A DNA stretch of 64,000 bases. Source: Trueperaceae bacterium (GTDB taxonomy: Bacteria > Deinococcota > Deinococci > Deinococcales > Trueperaceae). A program made the translations under genes and the position numbers. The stretch spans positions 2,432,001 to 2,496,000 of the forward strand of contig OZ243927.1 in the NCBI GenBank assembly GCA_965213925.1, given 5' to 3'. Positions within the stretch are counted from its first letter, which is position 1. Each line of letters starts with the position of its first letter. The notes below the pieces were generated by a model. It saw only the letters and a program-made list of their open reading frames with translations. It was not told where the DNA came from and did not search any database. Below are positions 60,443-64,000 of this stretch, piece after piece.

Positions 60443-61162
60443 ATGAAATCAGTCAGCGTTCTTCTAGCCGTGCTCATTATTTTAGGTCTCGTTTCCGCGC
60501 AAGATACAGGGGGCGCGACTGGGGGCGACATGACCGGCGGTGATGCTCAGATTGGCGGCAGCCTCGTCGGGGAAGGCGGCATGACCGGCGGCGACTTAGA
60601 GGCGGCCGAGAACATCACGGGCGGCGCAACCGCTGGCGGGATGACGGGCGGGATGTCGAGCGATATGACGGGCGGCGTGATGGACATGGAAGATATGACG
60701 GGTGGCGTGACCGGGGATACGACAGGCGGTATGACCGGCGGCGCAAGTGCCGACGAGATCGCTGGCGGCGCGGACGACGTCACGGGCGGCGACCTCTCGG
60801 GCGGTGACGCCACGAGCATGATAGGTCCAGACGGTGACATGTCCGGCGGCGATGTGACAGGTGGTGATATAGGCGGCGGCGTGGTCAGCGGCACGACTGG
60901 TGGTGACATGACCGGGGGAGGTATGACCGGCGGTGACATGACGGGCGGTGACATGACGGGCGGCGCTATGTCTTCGTCTACGCCCGGTGACCTGGGCGAA
61001 CTCGTGAGCAGCTACAGCGACTTAGGGACGCTCATCGAGCGCCTCGAGTCCGACACCTCAGACGGCGCGATGAATGTAAGTGACGAGACGCTGAGTGAAT
61101 TGCAGCGCATCTATGAAGAGCTTGGTGGGATGCTCGAGCAGGTGCGCGGCGAAAGCAACTGA
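60443..61162 (+). CDS. secreted Gly/Thr/Met/Asp repeat protein (MTGGD-type) with a helical C-terminus
   Basis: signal peptide, many (M/V/A/T)TGG(D) units, AAAGGGG SD, own terminator. Confidence 0.8.
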   Translation: MKSVSVLLAVLIILGLVSAQDTGGATGGDMTGGDAQIGGSLVGEGGMTGGDLEAAENITGGATAGGMTGGMSSDMTGGVMDMEDMTGGVTGDTTGGMTGGASADEIAGGADDVTGGDLSGGDATSMIGPDGDMSGGDVTGGDIGGGVVSGTTGGDMTGGGMTGGDMTGGDMTGGAMSSSTPGDLGELVSSYSDLGTLIERLESDTSDGAMNVSDETLSELQRIYEELGGMLEQVRGESN

Positions 61163-61184
61163 ACCGCACGTAAATATCATCATA

Positions 61185-61209
61185 GGGCCGCCTTCGGGCG
61201 GTTTTTTTA
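61185..61209 (+). terminator. intrinsic terminator
   Basis: ggccgcc-ttcg-ggcggtt followed by a T-run. Confidence 0.85.
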
Positions 61210-61403
61210 TTGTTCGGCGGAGCGATTTGTCCGGGAAGGACTCGAGACTACTCCCCTTCTAACAGAACAGCCACTCATCTCAACTTTAACCTTTCATTTG
61301 TAGGCGAAACTCAAAGATAACCTCTTAAACTTGCGTACACCGCTAGACACACCTTTCTCTCGGAGGTATCGTAGTTTTAGCTGCATTTGTGTAAGGAGCT
61401 ACT

Positions 61404-62318
61404 ATGCCTGCAACCACCCATAAACTCGAGACCCTGCAACACGTGTTGGACGGACTCATGCGCCGCTACGGGACACGTGTCCCCGACGTGGAGAAGATCA
61501 TCCGGGCGATGGTTCGCGAAGAGGTCATCGGCGAGCCCAGCGGCATCCAGAACGACCATATCGCCTTCCGCACGCTCGGGGTCGAGCCTCTGGGTATCGG
61601 CTCGTTGGAAAAAATCTTCCTTCACTACGGCTATGAGCGCCGCGACCCCTACGACTTCCCTGCCAAAAAGCTCAACGCCTACTGGTATAGCCCCCCCGAG
61701 CCGCACTTCCCGCGTATCTTTATCAGCGAGCTGCGCGTGGATGAGCTGTCTGGTGAGGCGCAGCGCATCGTCCGCTCGTACACGGATGAGGTCGCAAGCG
61801 ATCCGGTAGACACGCTGGACCTAGACAACGCTGCCTCCGTCGACGCCTTTTTACACTCTCCCCTTTGGCGGCTGCCGAGCTTGGAGGACTACGAGCGTTT
61901 AGCCGAGGAGAGCGAGTACGCCGCCTGGGTGATCTACAACCGCTACTACCTCAACCACTTCACGATTTCGGTACATACGCTCCCCGAAGGCTACGACACC
62001 GTGGCGGACTTTAACGACTTTCTGAAAGCGCACGGCTTTAAGCTCAACGACTCGGGCGGCGAGGTCAAGACGAGCCCGGACGGAAAGCTCTTGCAAAGCG
62101 CCACCGTCGCGAAGATGATCGAGGCTGAGTTCGCGGAGGGCAAGACAAAAGAGATTTCCGGCTCCTACGTCGAATTTGCCGAGCGGCGCGTGCTCGACGA
62201 GTATGAAGATTTGCCGAAGAAAGAGGTCAAGCGCGAGCACCGCCGCGAGGGGTTCGAGGCGGGCAACGCGGATAAGATTTTCGAGAGCACCTATAGCTCG
62301 CAGACGGGGCGAGGGTAG
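61404..62318 (+). CDS. DUF1338 protein (2-oxoadipate dioxygenase HglS-like)
   Basis: NDHIAFRT, PRIFISEL, NHFTISV, YVEFAER, GFEAGNADKIFEST. Confidence 0.85.
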   Translation: MPATTHKLETLQHVLDGLMRRYGTRVPDVEKIIRAMVREEVIGEPSGIQNDHIAFRTLGVEPLGIGSLEKIFLHYGYERRDPYDFPAKKLNAYWYSPPEPHFPRIFISELRVDELSGEAQRIVRSYTDEVASDPVDTLDLDNAASVDAFLHSPLWRLPSLEDYERLAEESEYAAWVIYNRYYLNHFTISVHTLPEGYDTVADFNDFLKAHGFKLNDSGGEVKTSPDGKLLQSATVAKMIEAEFAEGKTKEISGSYVEFAERRVLDEYEDLPKKEVKREHRREGFEAGNADKIFESTYSSQTGRG

Positions 62319-62376
62319 AAGGGGTCACCGGGCGAGTGCTCGACTTGCCCGGCAACCTCAATGGGATCGGCTTTTC

Positions 62377-63744
62377 CTACGCGACGTACACCGTTTTGAT
62401 GTTCACAAACTCGTGAATTCCTAGCTTCGATAGCTCGCGCCCGTAGCCCGACTCCTTGACGCCGCCAAAGGGCAGACGCGGGTCGGACTTGACGAAGGCG
62501 TTCACGAAGCAGTTGCCCGCGTGGAGTCTTTCGGCGGCGATCTCCTCACCTCTACCCCTATCTCGCGTAAAGACCGCCGCGCCGAGCCCATAAGGCGTGT
62601 CGTTGGCGATACGAATGGCGTCCTCTTCGCTCTTGGCGGTGATAATCGCTGCCACCGGACCGAAGACCTCTTCGCCATAAGCGGGCATCCCTTCGGAGAC
62701 GTCCGTGAGGATGGTTGGCGGGTAGAACGCGCCGGGACCTTCCGGCAGTTCGCCGCCTAAAAGGAGCTTCGCGCCCGCGTCTACGCTCTTCGTGACCTGC
62801 TCGTGCAAAGCGTCACGCAAATCCGGGCGGGCTTGCGGACCGATGTCGGTCTCTTCGTCGGTCGGGTCGCCCATCTTCTGCGCTTTCATCTTCTCCAAAA
62901 GTTTGTTTTGAAACTCGCCCACTAAAGACTCCACGACGATCAAGCGTTTGGCGGCGATGCAGCTCTGCCCGCTATTTTGCAAGCGGCTCGTGGCGCAAGC
63001 GTCCACGGCGGCGTCTAGGTCGGCGTCCTCTAAGATGAGATAGGGGTCGGAGCCGCCGAGTTCCAGCACCGTTTTCTTGAGGTGTTTTCCGGCTCCGCTC
63101 GAGACCGCCTTCCCCGCGCCCGTGCTGCCCGTCAGGGTCGCCGCCGCCACTTTGGGGTTGTCTAAAATCTTTTCGACCTCGTCGACTTGGACCAAAAGAG
63201 TGCGGAAAAGCCCCTCGGGAAAGCCTGCACGCTTCAGCACGTCCTCGAGCGCGAGTCCACACCTCGTCACGTTCTCCGCGTGCTTCAAGAGCCCTGCGTT
63301 GCCCGCCATGAGGGTGGGCGCGGCGAAGCGCACCGCCTGCCAAAACGGGAAGTTCCAGGGCATGATCGCCAACACCACGCCGAGAGGTTGGTAAGCAACG
63401 TAGCTTTTACTCGCGTCCGTTTCGATGGTTTCGGAGGCGAGATGCGCCGCGCCGTTCGCCGCGTAATAGTCGAACGCGCCAGCGCACTTCTTGACCTCCG
63501 CGCGCGCCTGCGAGACCGGTTTACCCATCTCCTCGGTGATGATTTTGGCGAGGGTTTCGTGCTCGTCGCGCAAAATCTTCGCCGCGCTGCTCAGGCATTC
63601 GGCCCGCTCTTCGAAGCCCACCTCGCGCCACGCAAGGTGCGTTTCATGGGCGCGTTCGATGATGGATTGGACCTCTTCTGAAGTCATCTCTTCAAAGCGT
63701 TCGACCTCTTCGCCGGTGGCTGGGTTTGTAGAAATTAGTGCCAT
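62377..63744 (-). CDS. NAD(P)-dependent succinate-semialdehyde dehydrogenase (Sad-like)
   Basis: [44 protein letters not shown]. Confidence 0.92.
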   Translation of the reverse strand: MALISTNPATGEEVERFEEMTSEEVQSIIERAHETHLAWREVGFEERAECLSSAAKILRDEHETLAKIITEEMGKPVSQARAEVKKCAGAFDYYAANGAAHLASETIETDASKSYVAYQPLGVVLAIMPWNFPFWQAVRFAAPTLMAGNAGLLKHAENVTRCGLALEDVLKRAGFPEGLFRTLLVQVDEVEKILDNPKVAAATLTGSTGAGKAVSSGAGKHLKKTVLELGGSDPYLILEDADLDAAVDACATSRLQNSGQSCIAAKRLIVVESLVGEFQNKLLEKMKAQKMGDPTDEETDIGPQARPDLRDALHEQVTKSVDAGAKLLLGGELPEGPGAFYPPTILTDVSEGMPAYGEEVFGPVAAIITAKSEEDAIRIANDTPYGLGAAVFTRDRGRGEEIAAERLHAGNCFVNAFVKSDPRLPFGGVKESGYGRELSKLGIHEFVNIKTVYVA

Positions 63745-63910
63745 GTTGCCCTCCTCTATATGCTAAAGCTTAACGCAAGCGTCATATGCTGCGCCTCTAG
63801 CAACCAGTTTTGAATTACACTGAGCGTATCATTAAGAAGCAGTCCTAGCACCGTGCGCTAGGGCTCATAAGCGTCACGCGCACACGGCTTAGAGTTGTAG
63901 AGAGGACCTT

Positions 63911-64000
63911 ATGACCTTCATCCACCAGATCGAAACCGCCGTTCCTGAGAACTACTTTTTGCAAGACGAGGCGAGAGACGCGCTTAAAGCGAGCACGGGC
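63911..64000 (+). CDS. probable type III polyketide synthase, 5' fragment
   Basis: AGAGGA SD; MTFIHQIETAVPE...Q resembles chalcone-synthase-like N-termini; only 30 codons visible. Confidence 0.45.
   Translation, partial: MTFIHQIETAVPENYFLQDEARDALKASTG

Overview
Core-chromosome window from a GC-rich bacterium, most likely Deinococcota (Truepera-like). This is inferred from uvsE, the short ClpC, the Thermus-like SRP RNA and many leaderless genes with a TANNNT -10 box 5-8 nt before the start codon. Housekeeping content: a tRNA Asp-Phe-Thr operon, clpC, glyQS, tdk, relA/spoT, SRP RNA (ffs), ctpA, trxC, amn, two peptide ABC transporters and several dehydrogenases. About 21-45 kb is heavily decayed, with more than a dozen frameshifted, truncated or deletion-fused gene remnants. 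Inside it sits an intact general-stress/desiccation-type cluster (26.2-30.9 kb), linked by a shared uncharacterised paralog to a second cluster at 13.7-15.6 kb. Other signals: a leaderless Pro-Pro/Cys leader peptide ahead of clpC, a two-copy IS1-like MITE with 8-bp target duplications carrying a REP-like hairpin, GTAG-type REPs, over-representation of CTCGAG, a secreted MTGGD-repeat protein, and related hairpins in the tRNA spacers. No CRISPR array, rRNA, prophage or defence system was found. All family calls are from motif recognition by eye, not database searches.
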